This document shows positions 38,982 through 47,704 of a stretch of 64,000 bases of DNA, piece after piece. The DNA lies in assembly GCA_964616255.1 (NCBI GenBank), contig CAZTQW010000006.1, positions 2,389-66,388 on the forward strand, given 5' to 3'. Positions within the stretch are counted from its first letter, which is position 1. Each line of letters begins with the position of its first letter. The notes below the pieces were generated by a model. The model saw only the letters and a list, made by a program, of their open reading frames with translations. It was not told the origin of the DNA and searched no databases. A program made the translations under genes and the position numbers. Source of the DNA: an uncultured Candidatus Saccharibacteria bacterium. GTDB taxonomy: Bacteria > Patescibacteriota > Saccharimonadia > Saccharimonadales > Saccharimonadaceae.

Positions 38982-40580
38982 ATGAAAAAACAGCAGCATA
39001 TCCCTAGCTACCAGGCTTCGATTGGTCGTGTAGTAACAAAATTAAGAACCGAAAAAGGCTGGACGCAAGCTGATCTGGCGGAGGCGATTGGTAGTAGCCA
39101 GTCGGCAATTCATCGCATAGAAAAGGGTCATCAAAATGTTTCTTTGGAACAAATCAGGAAGCTTTCTCGAGCTTTAGGCAGCCAGATTCTCTCTATAAAT
39201 GACACAGTTTCGCAAAGTTATCGTATCAATGGCGGAAAAGAGCTTCATGGTGAAGCGACGATTAATTCTAGCAAAAATGCCGCTGTTGCTTTGCTTTGTA
39301 CTTCGTTATTAAATTCTGGGGTAACGAAGTTAAAGCATGTTGCGAGAATTGAGGAAGTTTTTAGAATTATCGAAGTCCTGGAATCGCTGGGTGTGAAATG
39401 CCGCTGGATTAATGAGAATCGTGATCTAGAAATTATATCACCAGATGAATTAGATTTAGAAAATATTAACGTGGAGGCAGCTCGCAAAACTCGTTCTATC
39501 TTGATGTTTATGGGTCCATTACTGCATAAGTTTCACCGCTTTCGTTTGCCCTATGCAGGTGGTTGCACCTTGGGGACACGGACGATTGAGCCGCATCTAA
39601 GAGCTTTGTCGGCTTTTGGGCTGAAGGTAGACGCAACGAGTTGTAGTGGTTTCTATGAAGCGAGTGTCAAGCCGCCTAAACGACCATTGAATAAAGATGC
39701 CGCCTATATCGATCAGGTCGATATTCCCTTCCCACCGAAGCGCATTGTCTTGATCGAGCGAGGCGACACGGTGACGGAGAACGTTTTGATGGCAGCTGCA
39801 CTCTATCCAGGGGAGACAACCATTGTCGGAGCCTCTTCAAATTATATGGTGCAGGATTTATGTTTCTTCTTGGAAAAACTGGGAGTAAAGATACGTGGTA
39901 TCGGATCAACAACGTTGCGAGTGCAAGGTCAGGCACAGATTAATATGGACGTAGAATATTCGCCGGCTGAAGATCCCATTGAAACCATGTCTTTTATCGC
40001 GGTGGCCCTGGTGACGAAGTCAAATTTGACAATTCGGCGAGCACCCATTGAGTTTCTAGAGATTGAGCTAGAAATTCTTAAAAGCATGGGGGCAAAGATC
40101 GATCGTTCACCAGAATATTATAGTGCAAATGGGCGCACCCGGTTAGTTGATCTGAAAATTCACAAATCAAAGTTAGTGGCACCAACCGACAAAATTGCCC
40201 CAATGCCGTTTCCGGGTTTAAATATTGATAATCTGCCGTTCTTTTCCGTAATTGCGGCTACTGCTGAGGGACGAACTTTGATTCACGACTGGGTGTTTGA
40301 AAACCGAGCAGTCTATGTAACATATTTAGAGAATCTTAATGCTAAAGTTGAGCTACTTGATGCTCATCGTGTCTATGTTGAGGGGCCGACTAATTGGCGT
40401 GCTGCCGAGCTGGTAGCGCCTCCAGCTTTAAGGCCAGCCGTGGTAGTTTTGATAGCGATGTTGGCAGCACCAGGAACTTCCATTCTACGAAATATTTATT
40501 CTATCAATCGTGGATACCAAGATTTTGCTGAGAGATTAGATCAATTGGGGGCAGATATTAAGCCGCTGATGGGAATTTAG
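38982..40580 (+). CDS. murA: UDP-N-acetylglucosamine 1-carboxyvinyltransferase with N-terminal XRE HTH domain
   Basis: HTH (LRTEKGWTQADLAEAIGSSQSAIHRIEKG) followed by SSKNAAVALL, PYAGGCTLGTR and PFPGLNIDN. Confidence 0.93.
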   Translation: MKKQQHIPSYQASIGRVVTKLRTEKGWTQADLAEAIGSSQSAIHRIEKGHQNVSLEQIRKLSRALGSQILSINDTVSQSYRINGGKELHGEATINSSKNAAVALLCTSLLNSGVTKLKHVARIEEVFRIIEVLESLGVKCRWINENRDLEIISPDELDLENINVEAARKTRSILMFMGPLLHKFHRFRLPYAGGCTLGTRTIEPHLRALSAFGLKVDATSCSGFYEASVKPPKRPLNKDAAYIDQVDIPFPPKRIVLIERGDTVTENVLMAAALYPGETTIVGASSNYMVQDLCFFLEKLGVKIRGIGSTTLRVQGQAQINMDVEYSPAEDPIETMSFIAVALVTKSNLTIRRAPIEFLEIELEILKSMGAKIDRSPEYYSANGRTRLVDLKIHKSKLVAPTDKIAPMPFPGLNIDNLPFFSVIAATAEGRTLIHDWVFENRAVYVTYLENLNAKVELLDAHRVYVEGPTNWRAAELVAPPALRPAVVVLIAMLAAPGTSILRNIYSINRGYQDFAERLDQLGADIKPLMGI

Positions 40581-40648
40581 GAAATTTAACGAGGATATGC
40601 TTGTTAAAAAATTTATTTTTGTTATATGATGACGATATGCGCGCAAAG

Positions 40649-40672
40649 TCACGGCAAGATATCTGCCCGTGA
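40649..40672. promoter_or_regulatory. Imperfect palindrome over the recA -35 region
   Basis: TCACGGCAAGATATCTGCCCGTGA; the -10 TGCTATAAT is at 40684-40692. Confidence 0.45.
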
Positions 40673-40715
40673 AGTATATAAGATGCTATAATTAAAGGTA
40701 ATAAAGGAAGGTAAT

Positions 40716-41771
40716 ATGGCAAAAAAGACAGCAAAGGAAGCAGCGGGTGCAGACGCAGGAAAAATGCAAGCATTGGATCTAGCAATCGCGCAAATTACAA
40801 AACAATTTGGCGATGGATCGATCATGAAATTAGGGGAGACTCAGAAAATTGATGTGGAGTTATTACCATCTGGATCTTTGTCTCTCGACCTAGCTCTGGG
40901 CGGAGGCTATCCGAAAGGACGAATCATTGAGATTTATGGACCAGAGTCTTCGGGTAAGACAACTTTAGCCCTCCACGCAATCGCAGAGATTCAAAAACAA
41001 GGTGGTCAGGCAGCTTTTATTGATGCTGAGCATGCTCTGGATCCGGCTTACGCGAAAAGAATTGGAGTCGATACTGATAACTTGTTTATTTCTCAGCCTG
41101 ATAACGGCGAGTCGGCTTTGGAAATTTGTGAGACTTTGGTGCGCAGTGGAGCAGTAGATTTAATCGTGGTCGATTCCGTGGCGGCTTTGGTGCCACAGGC
41201 AGAAATTGATGGTGACATGGGCGATGCACAGATGGGCTTGCAAGCCAGATTAATGTCACAGGCAATGCGTAAGCTGACCGGCATTATCTCTAAGTCGAAG
41301 GCAACTGTGATTTTTATCAATCAGATTCGCATGAAGATTGGTGTAATGTTTGGTAATCCTGAGACTACGACTGGTGGCAATGCTTTGAAGTTTTATGCTT
41401 CTGTGCGTATGGATATTCGTCGGATTGGACAAATTAAGGAAGGCGACAGTATTTCTGGTAACCGCACCAAGGTGAAGATCGTGAAGAACAAGATCGCAGC
41501 ACCATTTAGAACGGCTGAGTTTGATATTATGTATAATGAAGGGATTAGTAAGACTGGAGATGTCTTGGATCTGGCGATTCAGAAAGGCATCGTAGAGAAA
41601 GCTGGTGCATTTTTGAAATATAATGGTGAGACGATTGCACAGGGGCGCGAGGCAGCTAAGGCCTTGCTAAAATCTAAGCCGGAGTTACTGGCTGAAATTG
41701 AGGCTAAGGTACGTGAGAGTGGTGCACCTAGCCTTGAGGAAGAAATTATCTCGGTTGACGAAAACGCATAG
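40716..41771 (+). CDS. recA: Recombinase A
   Basis: [47 protein letters not shown]. Confidence 0.99.
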   Translation: MAKKTAKEAAGADAGKMQALDLAIAQITKQFGDGSIMKLGETQKIDVELLPSGSLSLDLALGGGYPKGRIIEIYGPESSGKTTLALHAIAEIQKQGGQAAFIDAEHALDPAYAKRIGVDTDNLFISQPDNGESALEICETLVRSGAVDLIVVDSVAALVPQAEIDGDMGDAQMGLQARLMSQAMRKLTGIISKSKATVIFINQIRMKIGVMFGNPETTTGGNALKFYASVRMDIRRIGQIKEGDSISGNRTKVKIVKNKIAAPFRTAEFDIMYNEGISKTGDVLDLAIQKGIVEKAGAFLKYNGETIAQGREAAKALLKSKPELLAEIEAKVRESGAPSLEEEIISVDENA

Positions 41772-41782
41772 TCTAACCGGAG

Positions 41783-42742
41783 GTGGGTATGTTAGAGATT
41801 GAATCCTTTAAACCTGAAGATAGGTGGTTAGACGAAACAGAGGCTAATGAATGGGACGACGAAGATGCGGCGGAAGATGAAGCTGCAGAAATAGCAGGAA
41901 TAGCAGGAGTCGATGTCAAGGATCAGGCTAAAGTATCGATTCCTGCTGGCAACAAGTCTGATTCCGTGGTCGATCAGCGGCGCCGCGAAGCTGAGTTGAT
42001 TTATGGTTCTGAAGAAGAAGTTTCGGGGGTGATGGCAAAGGATTGGCTGAGATTAACTGAGCAGCCGGATTATTATTCAATCACAAAGATGACCGCCGGA
42101 GTGCGCGATCCTAATCGAGTGAATATCTTTCTTGATGGGCATTTTGCCTTTTCGTTAGATGTCACTCAAACCGTAGATTTTGGTTTGAAAGTTGGTCAGC
42201 ATATCTCGCCAAAGAAGCTTGAAAAGCTCAGGCGCGCTTCGGAATTTGGCAAGCTATATCAGCGGACTCTGGAGTGGGTGGTTAGTCGGCCGCACTCCGT
42301 GCGGGAAACTAGGGATTATTTGCGTAGACGACAAATTAAGCGCAAAATGCTCAATCGACAGCGCGTAAAAGAGGAGAAGAAACCTCTAGCGGAAATTGAA
42401 GATGATGTGATGCAGTTAGTGCTCGAGAGATTGGTTGAGAAAAAATTTTTAGACGATCGTAAATTCGCGGAATTTTACGTCGAGAATCGTTACGTTCGCA
42501 AAGGGATTAGCCAAAAGCGCCTGCGTATGGAACTAGCACAAAAAGGTGTCGATCATGATATTGCAGCGGCGGCCATGCAAAAAATCCCTCGTGACGAACA
42601 AGAAGAAATGGCAAAAATGATTGCGAAAAAACGCAAGAAATATCCTGATGATTTTCGTTTAATCGGGTACTTGGTGCGGCAGGGATTTGGGTTTCAGGCG
42701 GCAAAAGAAGCAGTGGAGGCTTCGCATCAGCCAGATGAATAA
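41783..42742 (+). CDS. recX: RecX regulatory protein with acidic N-terminal extension
   Basis: Directly follows recA; RPHSVRETRDYL, LDDRKFAEFYV, LRMELAQKGV, YLVRQGFGF. Confidence 0.88.
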   Translation: MGMLEIESFKPEDRWLDETEANEWDDEDAAEDEAAEIAGIAGVDVKDQAKVSIPAGNKSDSVVDQRRREAELIYGSEEEVSGVMAKDWLRLTEQPDYYSITKMTAGVRDPNRVNIFLDGHFAFSLDVTQTVDFGLKVGQHISPKKLEKLRRASEFGKLYQRTLEWVVSRPHSVRETRDYLRRRQIKRKMLNRQRVKEEKKPLAEIEDDVMQLVLERLVEKKFLDDRKFAEFYVENRYVRKGISQKRLRMELAQKGVDHDIAAAAMQKIPRDEQEEMAKMIAKKRKKYPDDFRLIGYLVRQGFGFQAAKEAVEASHQPDE

Positions 42743-42794
42743 GCTAAGTAGGTGTTTAGGTCCGATATTATAACGAGTGTTATAATATTCCCCA

Positions 42795-43391
42795 CTATTC
42801 GTCGAGCTTTTTGGCTTCGGATTCTGAGGCGAAATCGGGCTCGCGGAAAGGATTAATGAAATTAACTAGGTCAGGGTTAGTCTTGGCTTTTGCCTTTGGC
42901 TTTTCGTGCTCGTCTGAGATCGTGATAGTGTAATCATCGACATCTGTTATTCGTGCCCTAGAAATGATTAGCTCAGGGTCAAGAAATGATTTGAGCCATG
43001 GACGCTGTACGACAATTTGTTGTACCTGCCAACTCTCTGGCTCAACCGAAAAATCAGTAACTTTCCCTAATTTCTCGCCCTTCTTACTCTGAACTTTTAG
43101 GCCTACTAAGGAAAAATTAAGCTCCAAGACATTCTTGATATTAATAACTTCATCTTCTTCGACTAGCTCGTCTACTGAGTCAATAATCATACCCAGACGA
43201 GAGAATTCCCTAATGCTATGCACCGGCAAAATGTTTCCCGCCTCGCGACCCACAAGTGGCCCTTCGACTTTAAAGGCGATAATCTTGAGCTCGTTAGGAT
43301 CAACTACTGGCTCAACTACTTGAGCAATTTTTCCGCTCACATGTAGACTAAGTATGGGACAATTAGTAAGTCGTGAGCTATTGATTAACAT
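42795..43391 (-). CDS. PRC-barrel domain protein
   Basis: Two PRC-like repeats (GKIAQVVEPVVDP; GEKLGKVTDFSVE). Confidence 0.75.
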   Translation of the reverse strand: MLINSSRLTNCPILSLHVSGKIAQVVEPVVDPNELKIIAFKVEGPLVGREAGNILPVHSIREFSRLGMIIDSVDELVEEDEVINIKNVLELNFSLVGLKVQSKKGEKLGKVTDFSVEPESWQVQQIVVQRPWLKSFLDPELIISRARITDVDDYTITISDEHEKPKAKAKTNPDLVNFINPFREPDFASESEAKKLDE

Positions 43392-43412
43392 ACTATTATT
43401 ATAGCATAAAAG

Positions 43413-45104
43413 TTATTTAACAAGCGGCGGTTGCCACATAGCAGGATAATCTGGCAATCCCAGTAGCATAGCAATCGTCGCAGCTACATTAGCCAGCCCG
43501 GCCTCGTTTAAGCCTGCACTGTGGTATTTTTTCGCATTTGTAGTATTATCGTAAAAAATACAAGGGACTGGATTAGTAGTATGGGCAGTCTTCGGGTTAC
43601 CTTCTTTATCTAGCAATTCCTCTGCATTACCATGATCGGCCGTAATAATCATCATGCCGCCGAGATCATCGACTTTTTTAGCTAAGCGCGCTAGCTGAAG
43701 ATCAATTGCCTCTATCGCTACAATGGTCGGCTCTAGCTCAGCGAAATGCCCAACCATATCTCCGCCCGGATAATTAATACGTACGAACTGATACTTATCT
43801 AGATTTTCTAGCACTACATCAGTGATTTCGGCTGATTTCATCCAGGGGCGAGTATTAAAAGGTTGAGTATCAGATGGAATCTCGAGCTGCGTCTCGCGCG
43901 GAGATTTTTTGTAGCTATTGCCGTTGAAATAATAAGTAATATGACCATATTTCACAGTTTCCGATACTGCTAGTTGTGAAATTTTATTCCGACCTAGATA
44001 TGTACTAAGTGGCGACTCGATTTTGACTGGAGGCACCAGGATATTAGCCGGAATATGGCGATCGCTATCATATTCTGTCAGACCTGCAAAATAAATTTCT
44101 GGTACATGGCCACGTTCAAACTTCGTAAAATCTTTCAAATCAAAAGCACTCGCAATCTCGATCGCGCGATCTGCCCGGAAATCATAATAAATCATGGCAT
44201 CGCCATCGCGAATTTGCCCAATGGCCTGGGCCCCTTGTCTAGTATTAGCACTAGAAGCCTTAGCTCGAGCGGCGCGTCCTTCTAGAACGGAGCTCGCGGC
44301 GCTGTTTTCAACAATCACGAAAGCCGGTAGATACTGGTCTTGCACCTGAGGATTTTCGCGTCTTAGGACTTTGATAGCTTCACTGGCCGATTTAAACTCG
44401 CGTGGGGCTTTGCCCTGCACCATCATATCCCAACCTAATTTGACCATTGACCAGTCATTCTCATAACGATCGGCTGTGGCAACCATACGTCCAGCGCCAG
44501 ATGCAATACGAAAATCTGCATCTTTGAATTGGGCACAAAATTTTTCTAGACGGTTAATGTACTTTGGTTCAGACTTCGGTGCAACATCACGACCATCAAA
44601 GACGCAATGGATCCGAATTTTCCGCACACCTTCGGCATAAGCTTGCTGAATCATTTGCTCCAAGTGCTTAATATCACTATGTACACCACCGTCAGAAAAG
44701 ATTCCACAGAAATGTAGGGTGCCAATCTGAGGCTTTTTAAGATTCGCTTCGTCTTTGCTCTTAACACTATTATTGGCATCCAACCATTTCATGGCACCTT
44801 TCCAGGCTTTAGAATTCCAGATATCACCAGTCGCGAAGGCCGCTTCAACCTGAGCAATTCCCTGCTGGATAATTTGTCCAGAACCCAGCGCATTATGACC
44901 AACCTCGGAATTGCCCATTTGACCAGGCATAATTCCTACCGCCTCACCCGAAGCTGCTAGCGGAATATTGAGATAATTCAGCATCGCTTTATCAAGAAAC
45001 TCGGTATGAGCCTGGCGCACGGCATTACCGCTGCGTCGAACCGATAAACCGACTCCGTCCATTACCACCAATACCACTGGACCGTCATAATGCAACTGTT
45101 TCAT
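43413..45104 (-). CDS. gpmI: 2,3-bisphosphoglycerate-independent phosphoglycerate mutase
   Basis: LVVMDGVG, MGNSEVGH, SDGGVHS, FRADRA, DMVGH, ITADHGNAE, TAHTTNPVP. Confidence 0.97.
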   Translation of the reverse strand: MKQLHYDGPVVLVVMDGVGLSVRRSGNAVRQAHTEFLDKAMLNYLNIPLAASGEAVGIMPGQMGNSEVGHNALGSGQIIQQGIAQVEAAFATGDIWNSKAWKGAMKWLDANNSVKSKDEANLKKPQIGTLHFCGIFSDGGVHSDIKHLEQMIQQAYAEGVRKIRIHCVFDGRDVAPKSEPKYINRLEKFCAQFKDADFRIASGAGRMVATADRYENDWSMVKLGWDMMVQGKAPREFKSASEAIKVLRRENPQVQDQYLPAFVIVENSAASSVLEGRAARAKASSANTRQGAQAIGQIRDGDAMIYYDFRADRAIEIASAFDLKDFTKFERGHVPEIYFAGLTEYDSDRHIPANILVPPVKIESPLSTYLGRNKISQLAVSETVKYGHITYYFNGNSYKKSPRETQLEIPSDTQPFNTRPWMKSAEITDVVLENLDKYQFVRINYPGGDMVGHFAELEPTIVAIEAIDLQLARLAKKVDDLGGMMIITADHGNAEELLDKEGNPKTAHTTNPVPCIFYDNTTNAKKYHSAGLNEAGLANVAATIAMLLGLPDYPAMWQPPLVK

Positions 45105-45107
45105 AAC

Positions 45108-46205
45108 TTACGGCCTCGGAACTTGTTGGGTAATACAATGAATGTTACCGCCGCCAAGTAGAATTTCGCGAGCATAGATTGGCTCAACTACTCGATCGGG
45201 GAAGCAAGCTTGAAGAGCATCAATTGCGGCTTGATCATGCTCGTCATTAAAGACTGGTAAGATAATTGCGCCGTTACAGTTGTAATAATTAATATAGCTA
45301 GCCGGCAAACGGTCGCCTTCGTTACGTGGGAATGTTCCCTCTACCATATCAACCCCATCGGATTCTTCTTGAGTAATGGTGACGACATTCGGTACATGAA
45401 TCTTGACGATTTCTAGTTTACGGCCTTTGGCATCGGTTTCACTTTCCAGATAATCCAGAGCAGCCTTTGATCGTTCATACTGTGGATCGTTTTCATTATC
45501 TTCCCAAGCCAAAACAACTTTGCCCGGGGCAACAAATTGACAAATATTATCAACGTGGCCGTTAGTGTCTTCGTCCATATAAATTCCCTTCGGAATCCAG
45601 AGGACTTTTTCGGCACCAAGATAATCTTTGAGCTTTTGTTCAATTTCTTCCTTGCTCATACCTGGGTTACGTCCTGGATCAAGCAAAGTTTCTTCTGTGG
45701 TTAGAATCGTGCCCTCACCATCGGAATGCACCGAACCACCTTCAAGAATAAAATCGGGAGTGCGGTAACGGTCGACACCTTCGATAGCGCACATTTTAGC
45801 AGCAATCAGATCGTCTTGATCCCAAGGGAAATAAATTCCGTTCACTAAACCACCGTAACCATTAAAGCCCCAGTCCACTGCACGCATATGGCCCTTACCA
45901 TCGACTAGGAAAGTTGCACCAGTATCTCGAATCCAGGAGTCATTGTTAGTAATCTCAACAATTTGCACATTCGGCATGTTAAGATTTAACGCGGTCGGAT
46001 ATTCGCGTGGACTTACCCCAATAACCACCGGTTCATATTTTGCGATTGTTTGAGCAACCTTACAAAATACGTGCTCAGCTTCTTCGGCATTATGCCGCCA
46101 GTTATCACCGCGTTCCGGCCACAACAAATACGTGCAGCGATGCTCTGATAGCTCAGATGGCATATAGAATCCATCTTGTTTCGGAGTAGAATCTGTAATT
46201 CTCAT
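45108..46205 (-). CDS. aguA: Agmatine deiminase
   Basis: WPERGDNW, DSWIRDTGA, LEGGSVHSDGEGT, DTNGHVDN, PASYINY, GGGNIHCITQQVP with the catalytic Cys intact. Confidence 0.95.
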   Translation of the reverse strand: MRITDSTPKQDGFYMPSELSEHRCTYLLWPERGDNWRHNAEEAEHVFCKVAQTIAKYEPVVIGVSPREYPTALNLNMPNVQIVEITNNDSWIRDTGATFLVDGKGHMRAVDWGFNGYGGLVNGIYFPWDQDDLIAAKMCAIEGVDRYRTPDFILEGGSVHSDGEGTILTTEETLLDPGRNPGMSKEEIEQKLKDYLGAEKVLWIPKGIYMDEDTNGHVDNICQFVAPGKVVLAWEDNENDPQYERSKAALDYLESETDAKGRKLEIVKIHVPNVVTITQEESDGVDMVEGTFPRNEGDRLPASYINYYNCNGAIILPVFNDEHDQAAIDALQACFPDRVVEPIYAREILLGGGNIHCITQQVPRP

Positions 46206-46228
46206 AAAATCCTTTTCTTAAATTATAG

Positions 46229-47701
46229 TTAACGTGTACTCTTAGCTCGCACTCGTTTCGTGCTGCGCTTGCGGGACTTTTGCTGAGCTTGTTTGCGGCT
46301 CATATTATAGACCATGATTTCGCCAATGATAATTGCAATGGCAGCACCAACAATCAATGGCCAGTTGTATTCAAACATTTCGAGATTAAATTCTGGGAAC
46401 AAAGTGAAGAACAAAGCAACTAGAATTAAGAGGAATGGCACTAAACCAAATAAGGTGATTTTGATTCTGCCACCGTTAATCCAGTATCCTTTTTTCACAG
46501 CTGGACCTTGCTTGTGGAGCTTGAGGAAGGCCATGAACATAGGAAGGTAGGAAAGCAAAAGCGTCACGAGGCTGAGCGAGAAGAAAGTCCAGAAGAGATT
46601 GGATAATTCAGGAACAAACTGCGCCACGATAATACCGGCGATAGCGATAATCGCACCGACTACACCAGTCCAGATTGAGACAACATATGGCACACCATTT
46701 TTGTTGCGCTTTGCCCAAGATTTTGGAAAAGTTCCGTCTTCGGCAGCATAAGCGATCACGGAGTTTACACCGAAATTCCAAGAAGAGATGTTGGCTACGA
46801 GGGTATAAATGAACATGCCACCTACCACAACCGTAATAGCTTTGATCGCAGCAGCAGAGAACCCAACGGTCGTTAGTAAGATATTGTAGCTATCAAGCAG
46901 CCCTGAGTCCGTGCTGATTTCTTCAAGCGGGATTGCCACACCGATACCGAATGAAGCTAAGAGATAAAATACGGCAATTAAAATACCTCCGACAATCACG
47001 GCTTTCGGAATTTCTTTTTTCGGATTTTGCATGTCTTCACTAAAGGTCGAAACTACTTCGAAGCCCAACATGTTAAAGATGATCAAAGCAACAAAGCCTA
47101 GACCAGTAAAATCGAATTTACCATCGGCACCGACCATTGGTAAGAAATCTGTCCAAGAATTAACTGGATTAGCACTGCCTTGAGTTACCAGAACATAAAT
47201 ACCAAGTGCACCAATTCCGGCCATGAAGACAAACTTACAAAATGCCCCGAGATTGGAAAGCCAAGCACTTTGAGAAATACGTAGCACACCCAGTACGGAA
47301 ACCAGGAGAATGTAGCCAATCTGAATGGCTAGAATTACCGGCCAAGTCATGTCGAACCCAAGCATTTGCAATAAATAAGTGGTGACAAGATCAGCAAGCG
47401 ATGCTACCCAGAGTGGATAATTCACCCAGTAGTACCAAGCTACGCGACCCGCCCATTTTTCGCCAAAGGCCTTCTTGACCCAGGTGTACATGCCACCCTC
47501 AGACGGATACTGGGTGCCAAGCTCTGCAGAAATTAATCCGTAGGGAACAAAGAAGCCGATAAGCATAATCGCCCACCAGACATACTGTGAATTGCCGATA
47601 GATGCAGTCGGTGCAACCGCATCACCAACTAGGATAATACAGACAGTAGCTAGTACTGCACTGAATAGCCTAAACTTTGGTTTTTTATTTTTTGTAGGCA
47701 T
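46229..47701 (-). CDS. aguD: APC-family permease, probable agmatine/putrescine antiporter
   Basis: About 12 TM segments, ELGTQYPSEGGMYTWVKKAFG, GFEVVSTFSE; lies between ptcA and aguA. Confidence 0.8.
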   Translation of the reverse strand: MPTKNKKPKFRLFSAVLATVCIILVGDAVAPTASIGNSQYVWWAIMLIGFFVPYGLISAELGTQYPSEGGMYTWVKKAFGEKWAGRVAWYYWVNYPLWVASLADLVTTYLLQMLGFDMTWPVILAIQIGYILLVSVLGVLRISQSAWLSNLGAFCKFVFMAGIGALGIYVLVTQGSANPVNSWTDFLPMVGADGKFDFTGLGFVALIIFNMLGFEVVSTFSEDMQNPKKEIPKAVIVGGILIAVFYLLASFGIGVAIPLEEISTDSGLLDSYNILLTTVGFSAAAIKAITVVVGGMFIYTLVANISSWNFGVNSVIAYAAEDGTFPKSWAKRNKNGVPYVVSIWTGVVGAIIAIAGIIVAQFVPELSNLFWTFFSLSLVTLLLSYLPMFMAFLKLHKQGPAVKKGYWINGGRIKITLFGLVPFLLILVALFFTLFPEFNLEMFEYNWPLIVGAAIAIIIGEIMVYNMSRKQAQQKSRKRSTKRVRAKSTR

Positions 47702-47704
47702 TAA

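Larger units (their letters stand above)
30025..39450. repeat. Dispersed ~20-bp motif ATTCATCTGGTGATATAATT, four copies
   Basis: 30055-30073 (+, in folD, 19 nt), 36109-36132 (+, in tilS) and 38921-38944 (+, intergenic), the last two identical over 24 nt, and 39430-39450 (-, in murA, 21 nt). Confidence 0.9.

Noticed and set aside
41884-41910. GCAGAAATAGCAGGAATAGCAGGA microrepeat in recX
   Set aside because: An in-frame 9-bp unit in a low-complexity region, too short to suggest phase variation.
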